Below, piece after piece: positions 63,601 through 64,000 of a stretch of DNA of 64,000 nucleotides (position 1 is its first letter; each line of letters starts with the position of its first letter). The DNA comes from Hormiphora californensis (lineage: Eukaryota; Animalia; Ctenophora), in assembly GCA_020137815.1 (NCBI GenBank), contig CM035352.1, positions 6,448,001 to 6,512,000 of the forward strand, in the 5' to 3' direction. The notes beneath the pieces are model-generated. The model worked only from the letters and a program-made list of their open reading frames with translations, was not told the DNA's origin and made no database searches. Made by a program: the position numbers and the translations under genes.

Positions 63601-63939
63601 CTCTCTCTCTACACACGTGATCCATAAACGTAGCTTCTTTCGCCACATTGACAGGTTGCACTCTGAAATATATTCCTGATATGGTAATCATATACGTTCA
63701 GCAGACTTCCTGGATCTCAATCTGACATCTTTTCAGTGAAAGGTCGAACAGCATACCAGTTTACAAATGCAGACCCCAACAACCAATCATGGAAACAGCG
63801 GATTTACAGGTCTTTCAGAAAGACGAAGAAAAACAAGCAGATTGCTGAGGATGAACCCTCGCCAGTGCCATTCAAACGGAGATATTCTCTGCCTAACTTT
63901 CGTCGAAAAAAGAAAAGTATAACGTATGAAGCACTGTAA
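60658..63939 (+). CDS. Unknown disordered protein, 5 phase-compatible exons
   Basis: Exons at ~60658-60767, 61847-61983, 62818-62927, 63334-63535 and 63737-63939; recurring basic motifs RKLSL, RFRASFRK, RIYRSFRK, RRYSL. Confidence 0.65.
62980..63325. repeat. Intronic tandem repeat, ~75-85-bp unit, ~4 copies
   Basis: TTGCATTCCCGACATATCTGCGCCAAGATATGAGACGGAGAATC repeated. Confidence 0.9.
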
Positions 63940-64000
63940 GAGATTTGACTAGAGGCAGCTGGGGAGAGAGACTGGGAGCTGAGAAAAACTTGTGAAGAAG

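Overview
Compact, intron-containing animal DNA, most likely a cydippid ctenophore (Hormiphora/Pleurobrachia type). That assignment rests on a 40-nt segment at 1598-1637 that matches the ctenophore spliced-leader (SL) exon as I recall it; it needs database confirmation. About 15 host genes can be reconstructed. On +: PARL-like rhomboid, NXT, TTC12, NmrA-like, ALG1, a small Jupiter/HN1-like ORF, a zinc-knuckle/tandem CCDC106-like gene, CAAP1-like, AKAP1-like KH-Tudor, AFG3L2, FMN reductase, ATG14 and an unknown 5-exon gene. On -: SCYL3, mitochondrial EF-Tu and an intronless gene nested in an EF-Tu intron. Genes lie in tightly packed co-oriented runs with an unpaired splice acceptor just before nearly every ATG, which suggests trans-spliced operons. 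The standout structure is a three-level nest at 1456-5456. The outer layer is a foldback element with parvovirus-like T-shaped ends. Inside it is an SL-headed, ORF1-only retroposon, which is itself split by a 5'-truncated CR1-group LINE; removing the LINE restores a 340-aa ORF. The window is also rich in long palindromic elements, and carries a gag-only LTR element flanked by a 217-bp duplication, a CRE-like LINE fragment and a Penelope-like hammerhead remnant. About a dozen +1 frameshifts in conserved genes look like assembly artefacts in which both alleles of a heterozygous SNP were written in tandem.
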